Source: Octopus vulgaris
Lineage: Eukaryota
NCBI GenBank assembly: GCA_951406725.2
Contig: OX597821.1
Span: forward strand, 21,824,001 to 21,888,000
Length of the DNA stretch: 64,000 nucleotides
Direction of reading: 5' to 3'
The notes under the pieces are model-generated. The model did not search any database. It saw nothing but the letters and a program-made list of their open reading frames with translations, and was not told where the DNA came from. The position numbers were made by a program, and so were the translations under genes. Positions within the stretch are counted from its first letter, which is position 1. Each line of letters begins with the position of its first letter. This document shows, piece after piece, positions 13,365 through 30,357 of this stretch.

Positions 13365-13365
<1 letters not shown>
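11750..13365 (+). mobile_element. CR1-like LINE reverse transcriptase pseudogene with 3' end
   Basis: KVFEKVVRSRIAGFLENHNLQNPNQHGFRCGRYCLTQLL, FDRVNHNILLSKL, GVPQ, IRQHLECCCPLWSPH and YWDRLKAFQLYCLQRRR, spread across frameshifts. Confidence 0.9.
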
Positions 13366-13418
<53 letters not shown>

Positions 13419-14021
13419 CGTGTGTGTGTGTGTGTATGTGTGTATGTATGTATGTATGTATTCGAGGAGGGTGGGAACAAGACGGAGGAGTAGGTTCGAT
13501 TCTATCGAAGATACCAACAACGGTGATGATTACAACGACGACGACCCTCGTTCACGCACACACGGACACACACGCGCAACACACACCAATACGTATACAC
13601 ACGCACACATACACACACAAGCACACACACACACACACACGCACAATTACACAAACACACGCGTGCACGCATACACCTGCATGTGTGTGCAAGTGTACAC
13701 ACGGATTGAAAACTGATACACCTGTGCATCGCAGTACAGATCTGGAAGCCTCTCCAAACGAATTATATTTCCAGTGAAAGTGTGCTCGATAAATAATTAA
13801 AAATTAATTAAAACTAAAACTACAATGTCTACGTAAAGAAAGAAAATGCAAGCGAGGAAGAGATGGAAATATATCACTCCAAAGAGATACCTGAGCTGGT
13901 GAAATTGGATTAAAAGCAAATAAAACACAAATAAACGCACGCGCACAGACACACACATGCATGCATACAATTACGCACACAGAAATATATGTAATTTACA
14001 TATAGATATATACATACACAC

Positions 14022-14070
<49 letters not shown>

Positions 14071-14096
14071 CTTATACATACGTATATATAAATACA

Positions 14097-14152
<56 letters not shown>

Positions 14153-14155
14153 TTA

Positions 14156-14188
<33 letters not shown>

Positions 14189-14350
14189 TATATCCCTATA
14201 TATACATATATGTGTGTGTGTGTGTGTGTACATGTGTTTTATTTACTATTAATCTAATTTCAGCTCCTTCGTCTAGAAAATTTTAATCAGCAACTGACAA
14301 AATAAATGAGAAATTACCATCAAATTAAGTACTGAGTACCAGATGTGAAG

Positions 14351-14351
14351 C

Positions 14352-14441
<90 letters not shown>

Positions 14442-14449
14442 TTAGAAAA

Positions 14450-14485
<36 letters not shown>

Positions 14486-14502
14486 TTAGAAAAATAGATA
14501 GA

Positions 14503-14546
<44 letters not shown>

Positions 14547-14650
14547 TAGATAGATAGATAGATAGATATATAGATTGTGACAGAGTCATGGAAGGTTACA
14601 GAGAGAGACAGAGTCGCAGTCAGACAGATAGACAGACAGACAGATAGACA
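14351..14650. repeat. (GATA)n/(GACA)n microsatellite
   Basis: Direct reading. Confidence 0.95.
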
Positions 14651-15338
14651 GGTAGGCAGATAGGAGGAGAGTGATTGAATGTGAAGCACAAAGGAGACAG
14701 AGTGAAGAAGAGAAACGTAGATAAAGAAAAAAAGGGATGTGAAAAAGAGAGAGAGGGGCAAAGTGAAAGAGACGGCGAGTGAGAGACGGAGAGAGAGATA
14801 GAGCATGATGCACACAGTTACATTCAATATGGACTTCAAATAGAAGATTCTTCTGTGTTCACTGGGTGGAAATTGTAGCTGTTGATTAAAATCAGGTTAC
14901 TTTTCCTTTAGCAGACGCAGGATCAAATACATTCCGTCTGCGACCATTTTGTTTGAGAGTGGGACTTAATATCTTTTACTCCCAATTTCTTTGTGCAATA
15001 AATTCTGGTCTACGCCAACCGTCCTGTCGTTGTTTGAAGGAAAATTTAGCTGTTATATCAAGTATCCCAATGCACATCCTGCCACACTCATATGGATTAA
15101 ATTGTGGCTGGATGTGAGAAATAATTCATGCGAACGTCACGGTTTGTTATCTTGAGTTACCTCCCTTCTGAGTTACCGCCGTTCTGAGTTCAATTCCGAC
15201 AGAGCCCGTCTTTGACTAGGGGTAGATCAATTAAGGACCAGTCAGTTGCTCGTATTTGACTAGTTAAGGTTATTTCACTCTATTTCACTCTATTCTTTAC
15301 TTTTTTCGTCGTTTTCATTCCCGACAGAGAGAGGAAGT

Positions 15339-15339
<1 letters not shown>

Positions 15340-15382
<43 letters not shown>

Positions 15383-15622
15383 TACAGACAGACAGACAGA
15401 CAGACAGAAAGGGAGAGAAAAGAAGGAAAGAAAGAAAGAAAGAAAGAGAGAAAGAGAGAAAGAGAGAAAGAGAGAAAAAAGAAAGACAGAAAGAAAGAGA
15501 GGGACAGAAAGAAAGAGAAAAGGAGAGAGATAAAAGAGAGAGAAAGAGAGATATAAAAAGAGAAAGAGAAAGAAAGAGAGGGGAGATGGGAAAAGAGAAG
15601 GGGAGAGATAAAAGAGAGAGAG
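15340..15622. repeat. Purine-rich (GA)n/(GAAA)n low-complexity tract
   Basis: Direct reading. Confidence 0.9.
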
Positions 15623-16324
15623 CTCATGGAATTTGCCGTCAGCCGAGTCCCAACGGCTTTGAAACAATTCTCGGTGCTTTTGTTCAGTGCCCTAGCATTG
15701 GTGATTTGTGGACATATTTTGGACACCTACTGTTGCCGTTATGATCAATCCACATATCAACTAAGTCCATTGTGAAGATCGCACCACCACCTGCTTTTGT
15801 CCAGGGAGGACTGACAATGTTTATCTGGTGGCCGAAGCGAAAAATGCTGTATGGTGGACCAGATTTAAAGGAGAGAAAATAAATTCCTACTTCTTTAGCC
15901 TGGCCCCCATCAATATTTATCTATCTGGTGGCTGCAGCGAAAGATATTGTTTGGTGGACCAGATTAAAGGTCAGTAAGCAGACCCCGGCTTCCTTAGTCA
16001 AGCCCTCATTAACGTTTTCAAGTTTCAAGCACATTTGTTGAAAGGTGTATAAAATTAGGAGAGGACAGTTCTTTTTAAGGGTCAGAATGACCGTACTTTT
16101 AAGAGGATTTCACGAGTAGCCATCGGAAGTCTCCCTCTCTTGGTCGGATCATTCATTGCTGATCTATTGTTAATGTGTTTCGTCTTTTTACACGCTCCTT
16201 CATATAAACCCACTTTGTACCGCTCCGTGCAATCCCTGACATTTTTGTCAACGTTTAGTTGTTACTAAAGAAATCAATGTTATCATTATCAGTGTTGTTG
16301 ATGTTGATGATGATGATGAGGTTG

Positions 16325-17215
16325 TTGTTAAGGTGGTGAGCTGGAAGAAGCGTTACAAAATTGAAACCCTTATTATTCTTTTCTAAAATTTTGGGGGAGG
16401 GAGCCAGTCGATTAGATCGACCCCAGTACGCAACCGGTACTTAATTTATCAACCCCGAAAGGATGAAAAGCAAAGCAAAGTAGATCTCGGCGGAATTTGA
16501 ACTCACAACGTAGCGGCAGACGAAATACCTATTTCTTTACTACCCACAAGGAACTAAACACAGAGCGGACAAACAAGGACAGACAAACGGATTAAGTCGA
16601 TTATATCGACTCCAGTGCGTAACTGGTACTTATTTAATCGACCCCGACTGGATGAAAGGCAAAGTCGACGTCGGCGGAATTTGAACTCAGAACTTAGCGG
16701 TAGACGAAATACTGCTAAGCATTTCGCCCGGCGTGCTAAGGATTCTGCCAGCTCGCCGCCTTCTGAAACCATTATTATTCTTTTCTGCTCTATGTACAAG
16801 CCCCGAAATTTCGTGGAAGGGAGCCAGTCTATTAGATCGACCCCAGTACGCAACCGGTACTTAATTTAACGACCCCAAAATGATGAAAGGCAAAGTCGAT
16901 CTCGGCGGAATTTGAACTCAGAACGTAACGGCAGACGCAATACCACTAAGCATCTCGCCCGGCGTGCTGACGTTTCTTATTTCTTTATTGCCCACAAGGG
17001 GCTAAACATAGAGGAGTCAAACAAGGACAGACAAACGGATTAAGTCGATTACATTTACTGGTACTTGATTTATCGACATCGAAAGGATGAAAGGCAAAGT
17101 CGACCTTGACGGAATTTGAACTTAGAACGTAGAACTAAGCATTTGAACTCAGAACTCAGAACTAAGCATATCGCCCGGCGTGCTAACGATCCTGCCAGCT
17201 CACCGCCGCCTTCTG
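16325..17215 (-). mobile_element. Cluster of about four nested or tandem SINE family C copies
   Basis: Repeated ggtacttaatttatc.accccgaaaggatgaaaggcaaagtcga..tcggcggaatttgaactcagaacgt units. Confidence 0.8.
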
Positions 17216-17269
17216 AAACCATTATTATTGTTACTGTTCTTGTGTTGTTGTTGCTGCTGCTGTTGCTGT

Positions 17270-17620
17270 TGAGCGAACGGTCTTCGTCCCATAGCTCGCA
17301 AGATGGGAGAAGTCCGAAACGTGGTCCTTTCGCTATTCGTAAGACCCGCAGAAGAGAAAGCAGGTCAAACACCGAGAGCATCGACAGATGGATGAATGCG
17401 CATCCAGGCTCAGCGGTTGCGGGGGACAAGAAACAGGAAGAAAGAGTGAGGGAAAGTTGGGGCGAAAGAGCACAACAGGGGTCGCCACCACCCCCTGCCG
17501 GAGACGTGGAGCTTTAGGTGTTTTCGCTCAATAAACACACACAACGCCCGGTCTGGTAATCGAACCCGTGATCCTCCGACAGCGAGTCCGCTGCCCTAAC
17601 CACAGGGCCATTGCGCCTCC
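17270..17620 (-). mobile_element. tRNA-derived SINE family D with (CAA/CAG)n tail
   Basis: The - strand head ggaggcgcaatggccctgtggttagggcagcggactcg...gggttcgattacc has pol III A- and B-box-like motifs. Confidence 0.75.
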
Positions 17621-17764
17621 ACTGATGCTGCTGCTGTTATTGCTGCTACTGTTGTTGTTGTTGTTGTTGTTGTTCTTCTTCTTCTTCTTCTTCTCCGCCT
17701 CCTCCCCCTTCCTTGGACAGTGGCCGTCCTTCGGTAACGCCTTGAAGGGTGTTAGTCAAACTCC

Positions 17765-17870
17765 AATACTTTATTTAAGTCTACAACTGATTTTATCGAT
17801 CTGTTATGACGAACCGATACATGACAGCGACATAAAACAAAGCAATACCAGTAGTCAAGCCACGTATAGA

Positions 17871-17905
<35 letters not shown>

Positions 17906-18070
17906 CGGGCTTCCTTTAGTTTCTGTCTATAAAATCTACCTACAAGGTTGCAGTCAACCCCAAGCTTTAGTAGAGGTTATTTGCCCAAGATTCCAAGGAG
18001 TAGAACGTCACCGGCGCAACCTTGTGATTGGCAAGAAAACGCCTTACGCCAACGTCCACGCCTGTGCGCC
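17765..18070 (-). mobile_element. Degenerate SINE family B
   Basis: Diverged match to 27200-27616. Confidence 0.6.
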
Positions 18071-18099
18071 TTATAAGTATATAAGTTTGTATGCATGCG

Positions 18100-18135
<36 letters not shown>

Positions 18136-18259
18136 GATAGATAGATAGATATAGATATATATATGTGCATGTGTATATATATATATGTGTGTATATATAT
18201 ATATGTATATACACGCACACACACATACACATATATATATATATCGTTTCATTCATTAT

Positions 18260-18404
18260 AAGTTCAAATTCCACCGAGGTCGACTTTGCCTTTCATCCTT
18301 TCGGGGTCGATAAATTAAGTACCAGTTATGCACTGGGGTCGATATAATCGACTTAATCTCTTTGTTTGTCCCCTCTATGTTTAGCCCCTTGTGGGCAATA
18401 AAGA

Positions 18405-18408
<4 letters not shown>
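18260..18408 (+). mobile_element. 5'-truncated SINE family C
   Basis: agttcaaattccaccgaggtcgactttgcc...gggcaataaagaaat. Confidence 0.8.
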
Positions 18409-18457
<49 letters not shown>

Positions 18458-18482
18458 GATAGTTAGACAGTCCGATAGAGGT

Positions 18483-18534
<52 letters not shown>

Positions 18535-18959
18535 CGAAACATGTATACGAATATTTTTCAACATACAAACGCATGCTCGCACAGATACACACATAAACAC
18601 TCACACATACACACGCAGATACATATGCACAAGCAGTTGAAGATCGATGAATCGATAAGCCATATACAAGGAATAGTAAGATATAAGCTGAGAAAATCTC
18701 GGTTGTATTATTTCTCTTTTGAAATATTTCGCGAACAGTCAACGAGAGACAAGACGTACAGTGTGACAAGACAGTGACAGCTAAGTTGTCTCCCTTCGAC
18801 CTTCTACGAACTTCGGACTCAGTTTTGGAAGTTATAAATTTTTTAATATGGCGTATAACGTTCAACATAACACGCATACACGCACAAATACATACGCGCA
18901 CACGCACATACACACAAAGACATTAAAGTATTAATGTCTCCGTCTATATATATGTGCAC

Positions 18960-18993
<34 letters not shown>

Positions 18994-19053
18994 TTGTGTA
19001 TATTTATATGTATACAAATTACAATTGTGTGTGAGTGTGTGTGTGTGTGTACG

Positions 19054-20783
<1,730 letters not shown>

Positions 20784-21276
20784 TACATACATTATACATA
20801 TGTATATATATTCATACATGTTTGTCTGAATAGCTGATGAGATACTGGAGCAGACTTCAGTCCTGGCATTCGAAACTCTGAGTTCTATTATGACAACCAA
20901 CTAATTGTCACATTTTATATGGGTGTGCCTGTGTGACAATTGTTTTTCATAATAAAACTCAGAGTGTGTATATATACATACATATACACATACATACATA
21001 CATAAATACATATATATATATACATACATACATACATGCATTTATACACATGTATGTAAAAATATATATAGTTATATATACATATATATATATGCATATG
21101 CATATGTATATGTAAAGATATAATTGTATTTTTAAGTAGATAGAAAGATAGATCCTCTAAAAACTTATGTGTGTGTATGCATGTATGTACGTATGTACGT
21201 AAGTATGTATACATATATATATATAGATATATATATATATACACATTCTAATATACATATACATTTATATATATTC

Positions 21277-21326
<50 letters not shown>

Positions 21327-21343
21327 GTCTTATATACATACTC

Positions 21344-22571
<1,228 letters not shown>

Positions 22572-23057
22572 ATGCTGTAAGGATGTAATAACGTTAAGAT
22601 ACTATTTAAGTATGTAATGTCCATAAATAAACGATTAGTCTTATCGTACAGACGATATAGTGAAATCTTAATTCGTTTGAATTGATAGAGTAGAAATACA
22701 CAAAGAAATTTATTACTTGAGACAGAATTTGTAGAAAGAAATTTTATAAAAGGAATTTTATTTCGAAATAAGTAAAGAAATATAACATGTAACAGTTTCT
22801 CTTATCTCGCATGCAAGTATAAAATATTTATACGTAACTGCGGCTGTATATAGGGATTTTTGTTTCTGTTTTTTTTTTTTTTCTTTTTCATTTTCATGTT
22901 TTATCCGCCTTAAAACGAATGGTAAGTGATATAAAATTCTGGATATAAATCTCACTTTTTAATTATAAAAAATACTAAATATTATATTTCTCATGATGAC
23001 ATTTACATATTTGTGAAAATAGTGCCACACTTCAGTTTTTTGATTTGTTTATGCATA

Positions 23058-24264
23058 CGAGGTGGTATCAAAAGATTCCCGGACTAGTTATGTTTAATAA
23101 AAAGGAAGGACTTATTAACCGAAGCTTTAACACCATTTCCTTCGAAATAATCAGCTTGCACAGCAATACACCAGTCCCAGCATTGCAGCCACTTTTGGAA
23201 TCTGGCCTGGAAGTCGTTTTCCGTAAGCGTGTCGGGGATCTTCTGCGATTCGCTCTAGATCCCTTTGAGCTGCATTTTCAACTTGGGAAAGAAATGGAAG
23301 TCCGCAGGTGCTAAATCTGGCAAATAAGGCGGTTGTAGAGGTTGTAGCATGTATCACTTATTGACGAGAAACTCTACAGATCCGATCGCTTTCGCCGAAT
23401 GTCCTCTCTCAAACGCTTCAAAGCGTTGCAGTAGAATTCCTCGACCTTGAGGGACGAATTCTCGAGGCACAATACCACATTTCCAGATGTGACACTCGTG
23501 GCAGGTCTTCCAGATCGCTCATCGTCTTCCAGGGACGTTCCTCCGCTTTTGAAGCGCCCGTGCCACTCGAAACATTTCGTGAGACTGATTGCCTCATCGC
23601 CGTAAGCTTGCCGCAGCGCACTGTGTCTCTGTAGTAGACTTCCCAAGTTTAACGCGATATTTCACTTTATCTGTTTATTTACTACCCACAAGGGGCTAAA
23701 CACAGAGAGATCAAACAAGGACAGACAAACGGATAAATCGATTACATCGACCCCAGTGCGTAACCGGTACTTAATTTATCAACCCCGAAAGGATGAAAGG
23801 CAAAGTCGATCGCAGCGGAATTTGAACTCAGAACGTAGCGGCAGACGAAATACCTATTTCTTTATTACCCACAATGGGCTAAACATAGAGGGGACAAACA
23901 AGGACATACATAGGTATTAAGTCGATTACATCGACCCCAGTACGTAACTGGTACTTAATTTATCGACCCCGAAAGGCAAAGTCGACCTCGGCGGAATTTG
24001 AACTCAGAACGTAGCGACAGACGAAATACCACTAAGCATTTCGCCCGGCGTGCTAACGATTCTGCTAGCTTTGTTCCTCTCCATAACAAAATCGCAGACT
24101 AATCACAGAATCAAAATTTCACAATTTGCCAAGTAAATTCAACGATGTCATTCGGCACTCTGCTTCATAAAAGTCACGGATCGCTCTCACTGGGCACGCA
24201 ACCGTCTGCTGCAATCGGTTGGTACACTTCAGAACTAGTTTGGGAACATTTTGATACCATCTCG
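23058..24264 (-). mobile_element. Internally deleted mariner (D,D34D-type) element with TIRs and TA TSD, carrying nested SINE family C copies at 23670-24070
   Basis: TA|cgaggtggtatcaaaa ... ttttgataccatctcg|TA. The - strand encodes LRQAYGDEAISLTKCFEWHGRFKSGGTSLEDDERSGRP (mariner HTH). Confidence 0.9.
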
Positions 24265-24282
24265 TAGACTACTTATTTAAAT

Positions 24283-24560
24283 GGCGTGACTGTGTTGTAA
24301 GAGGCTTCCCAACCACAAGGTTCTGAGTTCCCTCTACTGTGTGGCGATCTAGGGCAAATGTGGCCTACTATAGCCACGGGCCGACCAACGCCTTGTGAAT
24401 TGATCTGGTAGACGGAAACTGAAAGAAGCCCGTCGTTTTTGAGTTTGTGTTTGTCTCAACTCCGCTCTACTGCCGGACAACTGGTGTTGATGTGTTTACG
24501 TCCCAGTATCTTAGCTGTTCGGCAAAGAGATCGATAGAATAAATACCAAGTAATAGGAAT
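24283..24560 (+). mobile_element. Degenerate SINE family B
   Basis: gggccgaccaa.gccttgtga...ggtagacggaaactgaaagaagcccgtcg. Confidence 0.7.
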
Positions 24561-24561
24561 T

Positions 24562-24795
<234 letters not shown>

Positions 24796-24965
24796 TATGG
24801 AGATATGTTTCGTTATTAGCCACACAGGACTGAACACAGACAAATACTTTTCGCATTGTTTGTGGAAATAATTTCTACTAACCATCTCCGTTTCCAGATC
24901 TGGCTTAGTCTTAAGTTCAGCACTTGTTGTTGGTATTGGTATTGTTCTTTTCACGGTTATTGTTG

Positions 24966-25145
24966 TGATGGTAATGGTAGTGGTGGTGGTGGTGGCGGTG
25001 GTGGTGGCGGTGTCGGCGGTGTCGGCGGCAGTGGCAGTGGTGGTGGTGGTGGTGGTGGCGGTGTCGGCGGTGTCGGCGGCAGTGGCAGTGGTGGTGGCGG
25101 CAGTGGTAGTGGTGGTGGTGGTGATGGTGGTGGTGGTGGTGGTTG
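24966..25145. repeat. (GGT/GGC)n array with a ~51-bp internal tandem duplication
   Basis: ggtggtggcggtgtcggcggtgtcggcggcagtggcagtggtggtgg occurs twice in tandem. Confidence 0.85.
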
Positions 25146-25412
25146 ATTTTTATTGTTCTGGTCCCCTTTGTTGTCGTTGCTGCTGTTATTGTTATCGTTG
25201 TAATTCTTGCTGTTGTAATTGCTTTCATCATCGGTGTCGTTGGTGTTGTTGCTGTTAATATAGCCTCTCCTTCAAAATTGCTGGCTTTGTGCCAATATTA
25301 GAAATCATTAATAGAGCTGCTGTATTAGTTGTTGCTTCTGCCGTTGCTGTAGTCATCGTGGCTGCTGCTGCTGCTGAGGTTGTTCACACCGTTGTTGTTG
25401 TTGTTGATATTA

Positions 25413-25628
25413 CAGAATCGTTGGCACGCCGGGCAAAACGCTCAGCGACGTTTCGTCCTAAGGTTCTGATTTCGAATTTCGCTGGAGTCGACTTTGTCTT
25501 TCATCCTTTCGAAATCGATAAAATAAGTACCAGTTGAGCACTGGGGGTCGATGTAATCGACTTATCCCCTCTCCCAAACTGGCTGGCCTTGTGCGAAAAT
25601 TTGAAATCTTTATTGTTGCTGCTGCTGC

Positions 25629-25689
<61 letters not shown>

Positions 25690-26620
25690 AAGGAGGCGAG
25701 TTGACAGAATCGTCAGCACGACGGACAAATACTCAGCGGCGTTTCGTCCGTCGCTTCTTTCTGTGTTCAAATACCGCCAAGATCGACTTTGCCTTCTATC
25801 ATTTCGGGGTCGAAAAAATAAGTACCAGTCGGACACTGGAGTCGATGTGATCGACTAGCCCCCTTCCCCAAAATTCTAGGCCTTGTGCCTTCTGTAGAAA
25901 GGATTATTACGAAAGGACGGCGAGTAGGCATTATGGTTAGCATGCCAGGTAAAGTGCTTAGCGGCATTTCATCAGTCTTTGCGTTCTGAACACAAATTCT
26001 ACCGGTGTCGACTTTGCTCTTCATTCCTTTCGTAGCTGATGAAATAAGTACGTACCAGTGGTACGCTGAGGTCAATGTAGTCGACTTACTCTCAACCCCG
26101 AACTTGCTGGTCTCGCATTAAAACTTGAAATCGTTACTATCGTTTTAAAAGTAGCAAACTTGGAAGATCATGAGCAAAATTAGATAAAAATACTTAGCGG
26201 CATTTCGTCCATCTTTGAATTCCGCCGAGGTTCTACTTTGCTTTTCATAGTTTTGAGGTCGATGTCATCGACTTAGCCTTCTCCCAAAATTTCAGGCTGA
26301 ATCGTTTGTACTCGAACAAAATGCTTATTAACATTTCGTTGATTTTTACATTCTGGGATCACCTGGATTGATGAAATAAGTACCAGTTTTGTATTGGGGT
26401 CGATGTAATCGGCTTACCGCTCTCCCAAAATTTCAGGTCTTGTGCCTATAGCAGAAAATGTATTTGATAGGCAGTGTGCTAGCAGAACCATTCTTTCAAA
26501 TTTCACCTGGATCGCCTTTGCCTTTCAACCTTTCAGGATCAATTAGTATCAGTTTTGTATTGGGATCGATGTAACTGACTAGCCCCACTAAAATTTCTGG
26601 CCCCTTGTGGTTTCAACGGA
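25413..26620 (+). mobile_element. Tandem chain of about six diverged SINE family C-related copies
   Basis: Repeated ...gactttgc.tttcatcctttc...ataagtaccagt...gggtcgatgtaatcgact...cccaaa units. Confidence 0.7.
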
Positions 26621-26817
26621 AAGTATTATTGTTGTTTTTGCTTTTTTTTATTGTCGTTGCCCAATAAAGATTAACTTTGAGCTAAACAGTAGCCACCAAC
26701 AAGCTAATAAAGGACCCGTTTTGCGGTCGTTCCAAATCGTAGAAATAGTAGTCAAATTTCCTTCAAATCACCCTGTCATTAATAAACAGACACCTTGTAT
26801 ACTGAAGCCATTGATAT

Positions 26818-27690
26818 ACAATAATCCCTCGCCATATTGCGGTTCATCTATCGCGCACTGAATTACATCGTTGTTCACCTATTGCATACTCAGTACATCG
26901 CGGATTTTTTACTAGTATATGTAAATTTATATTGCGGACTCCTCAGTATATCGCGGGTTTCTACGGCCGATAGGTATTTTTATGTGGTAAAATAAGCGTT
27001 TTCACGCCTAAAAATTAATAAATTGATAAATAAAAATAGAGTACAGTACTGCACTGTACAACACATTAATCAGAATACATTAAAAGAAAATACGTAGAGT
27101 ACCGTAGATGAGTAAACAAAGAATCGCACATACTGTGTGGAGAACGGAACTCGGGAGGAGGCGAGGGTGTGGTTTTGCATTTATAATAAAACAGATATAC
27201 TCTTTTTACTCTTTTACTTGTTTCAGTCATTTGACTGCGGCCATGCTGGAGCACCGCCTTTAGTCGAGCAAATCGACCCCGGGACTTATTCTTTTGTAAG
27301 CCCAGTACTTATTCTATCGGTCTCTTTTGCCGAACCGCTAAGTGACGGGGACGTAAACGCACCAGCATCGGTTGTCAAGCAATGCTAGGGGGACAAACAC
27401 AGACACACAAACAACCACAAACACACACACACATATATATATATATATACATATATACGACAGGCTTCTTTCAGTTTCCGTCTACCAAATCCACTCACAA
27501 GGCATTGGTCGGCCCGAAGCTATAGCAGAAGACACTTGCCCAAGATGCCACGCAGTGGGACTGAACCCGGAACCATGTGGTTGGTTAGCAAGCTACTTAC
27601 CACACAGCCACTCCTACACAAAATATAGAAATAATTTTTAAAATATTTGCAGTACTGTTTCTCCTTCGCAGATTTTCACCTATCTCGGCT
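26818..27690. mobile_element. Tigger/pogo-like non-autonomous DNA element fragment interrupted by a SINE
   Basis: Terminus ta-caataatccctcgccatattgcggttcatctatcgcg and internal atcgcgg repeats resemble Tigger-type MITEs. The far TIR is not clearly seen. Confidence 0.4.
27200..27616 (-). mobile_element. Full-length tRNA-derived SINE family B with internal microsatellite and LINE-like tail
   Basis: The - strand head ggagtggctgtgtggtaag...gggttcagtccc has A/B boxes. CORE-like cttgggcaagtgtctt. Tail ctgaaacaagtaaaagagtaaaaaga. Near-identical to 44205-44607. Confidence 0.9.
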
Positions 27691-28159
27691 GTTTTGAGAA
27701 AAATGAATGAGGTGGTCATCACAGGAACGTCTATGATTATATATCAGCTGGGACAAAACTTATCAAGGATTAAACAACAAATAGGACAACCCCAACATCA
27801 TCATCGTCAACAACAACAACAACAACGTTGTTAGAAATAGCAGCCAGTTAGAAATAGCAGCCAAACCTGCCTCAAGTCGAACATTCTACTGCCTCAGAAA
27901 AAAGGAAATGTTATATAATGTGGTCCTGGGTTCCCATTGCATAAGAAAAAGGTGTGATGGTCATATTTGGAATATCTTTGATCATCGGTCTGCTGAATCA
28001 GGGCTAACTTGAGGTTTAACACTGACAACAACAACAACAACAACGCGACCAACAATCTCAGTGAGAGTGACAGCATCACCATAGCAACGCATAGGAACAG
28101 CAGCGTTAACAACAATAACAAAGAGTTAAGAATACGATCCACAACAACAACAACAACAA

Positions 28160-28204
<45 letters not shown>

Positions 28205-28884
28205 ACAGCTCAGAAATGCAACCTGTAATATGAATAACAACCTCAACAACGGCAAACAGAGGAACATTGACAATGGCGGAATCTGTGCTTGGTTTGACAG
28301 TTATATAGAAAGTTCTAGAATAATATTGGTTGACTGAACAATGAAGCCAAATTGGGTCGGTCAAAGGTCAGTCATTGATCAATGGTTTCATTATCCATTC
28401 GTTATTACCGCCTTGATTAAGAATTTGAATCACGACCTCCATTTTGGCGCGCCTGAAATGATAACATATAATGAAATCGGCATTCCCGTGATCCTTCACG
28501 ATTTAGTTGCGTCTGGGATAGTTGCTCATCAAACCGAATAATATGTCTGTCTGTGTGTCTGTGCGTTTCTGTCTGACTCTGTTGTTTGTCTGTCTGTCTG
28601 TCTATCAGAGTGACTTCCTCGATAGTGTCTTAAAACAAGTGTTCTTGCTTTTATTATTGTTGCTGTTGCTGTTGTTGTTGTTGATGATGATGATGATGAT
28701 GATGTTGAAGATGATGGTGATGGTAGTGGTGGTGGTGGTGGTGGTGGTGGTGGTGGAGATGGTGATGGTTGGTGGTGATGGTGGTGATGTTTAACCATTG
28801 GTCAGTTCTGAACTACTATACGTAAATACCCGTCTATATACGTGTGTGCGTATGTGTGCGTGTATGTGCGCACGCGCGCGTGAA

Positions 28885-29280
28885 TGCGCGTGGCCTAGTG
28901 GTTATGCGCGCGGTACTCCCGATCGTGGTTTCGATTTCTAGACCGGCTGCGCTTTGCGCCCTTGAGCAAAACATTTCAGCTTACCTTACAGCTGTTCACT
29001 CAGCTATGAATGGGTAACCATTTGACGGACTAGCTAGCAGTGTGGCAAGACACTTTATTTCACGTTGCTCCAGTCCACTCAGCTGGCAAAAATCAGTTGT
29101 ACCTGTATTTCAAAGGGCCAACCTTGTCACACTCTATGTCACGCTGAATCTTCCTGAGAACTACGTTAGGGGTACACGTGTCTGTGGAGTGCGCAGCCAC
29201 CTGCACGTTAATTTCACGAGCAAGTTGTTCCGTTTATCGTATCACCTGGGACCCTCGTCGTCGTAACCGACGGAGTGCTC
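28885..29280 (+). mobile_element. tRNA-derived SINE family E
   Basis: gcgcgtggcctagtggtta...ggtttcgatttc...cttgagcaa. Body shared with 44740-45063 and 48822-49000. Confidence 0.75.
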
Positions 29281-29291
29281 ATATATATATG

Positions 29292-29998
29292 CAGGGTGAT
29301 TGAAAAATAACTCTCTATTTTAAAATATCTATAATTCATTTATTAATTATAAAAATGTGAATATGTGAAGAATTTTTATTTAAAATTCTTGGATTTTTAT
29401 TTAAAATTCGATATAGGCACCAGCATTTGCCACTATCTTCCCACGCCGCCCCAGAACTGTATCAACTGATTTCATCAGGAACTCTTGTGGGATAAAAAAC
29501 ATAACTTCTCGTGTTCGCCCTTCAAGTTCTTCAGAAGTCGTTGTTTTGGTAGAGTAGACTTGCTCCTTTAACCAGCCCCAAAGAAAAAAGTTGCAGAGTG
29601 TTAAATCAGGACATCTGGCCGGCCAATCATGCGGACCTCGATGGATGGGACGGACGATCGCTTCTTCGACTATCAGCCACAGATCCTGTAATCATGATTT
29701 TTGAATGATAATTCTTGATCGTCTTTGCATCATTTGGAGCATGTCTTCCTCTAATGGTCCTCCACCATCTTTGCACTGATCTCCAAACTTCGTAACGGGC
29801 CGCTCGCAGGGCACGCTCCTGCACAGTAAGCCATGTTTGTAGGGCTTCTAAATTTCAAACAAAATAATTTATCTAAAAGCAACATTAAATCAATTTTCAT
29901 GCATCAAAGAACATAGACAACAAATTTGAGAAAAAAAACTATTGTTAATAAATAAACTATAAATATTTAAAATAGGGAGTTACTTTTCAATCACCCTG
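29292..29998 (-). mobile_element. Deleted Tc1/mariner-superfamily element (maT/rosa-like) with ~55-bp TIRs
   Basis: cagggtgattgaaaa... / ...ttttcaatcaccctg|TA. The - strand encodes WPARCPDLTLCNFFLWGWLKEQVY (WPPRSPDLTPCDFFLWG motif). Confidence 0.85.
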
Positions 29999-30029
29999 TA
30001 TATACATATTGAACTCTCGACACGAATGA

Positions 30030-30357
30030 CCATGGGTGCACTTAACAGGTTCCCTTCCCGGGTACAAGCCTGGGCGGAAAGTCGCCTCACCGGCGAACGC
30101 ACAACCTAGGGTTGATTTTATGGCAGACCAGCAGTTGCCCAAGCATACCAGCCTTCCTTCTCCATGGCATTGATATTATCCAAGGGAAAGGCAAAGGGGC
30201 TGATACAGCGTGGCACCGGTGACGTCGCAACTCATTTCATTTCTACAGCTAAGTGATCTAAAGTGTCTTGCTCAAGAAAACAACGCGCATCCCGGTCCGG
30301 GAATCGAACTCACAAACTCGCGATCGTAAGCTCGACGGTCTAAGCACTGAGCCATGC
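30030..30357 (-). mobile_element. tRNA-derived SINE, family E-related head
   Basis: The - strand reads gcatggctcagtgcttagaccgtcgagcttacgatcgcgag...gagttcgattcccggaccgg...ttcttgagcaagacactt. Confidence 0.7.

Noticed and set aside
16325-17215. Regularly recurring ~40-bp motifs resembling a CRISPR array
   Set aside because: They are tandem or nested SINE copies in eukaryotic DNA, with no unique spacers and no cas genes.
17540-17620. tRNA gene
   Set aside because: A/B boxes are present, but it continues into a SINE body and lacks a clean cloverleaf and terminator.
24856-25258. Gly- or His-rich structural protein exon
   Set aside because: A pure (GGT/GGC)n array with no splice signals or codon diversity.
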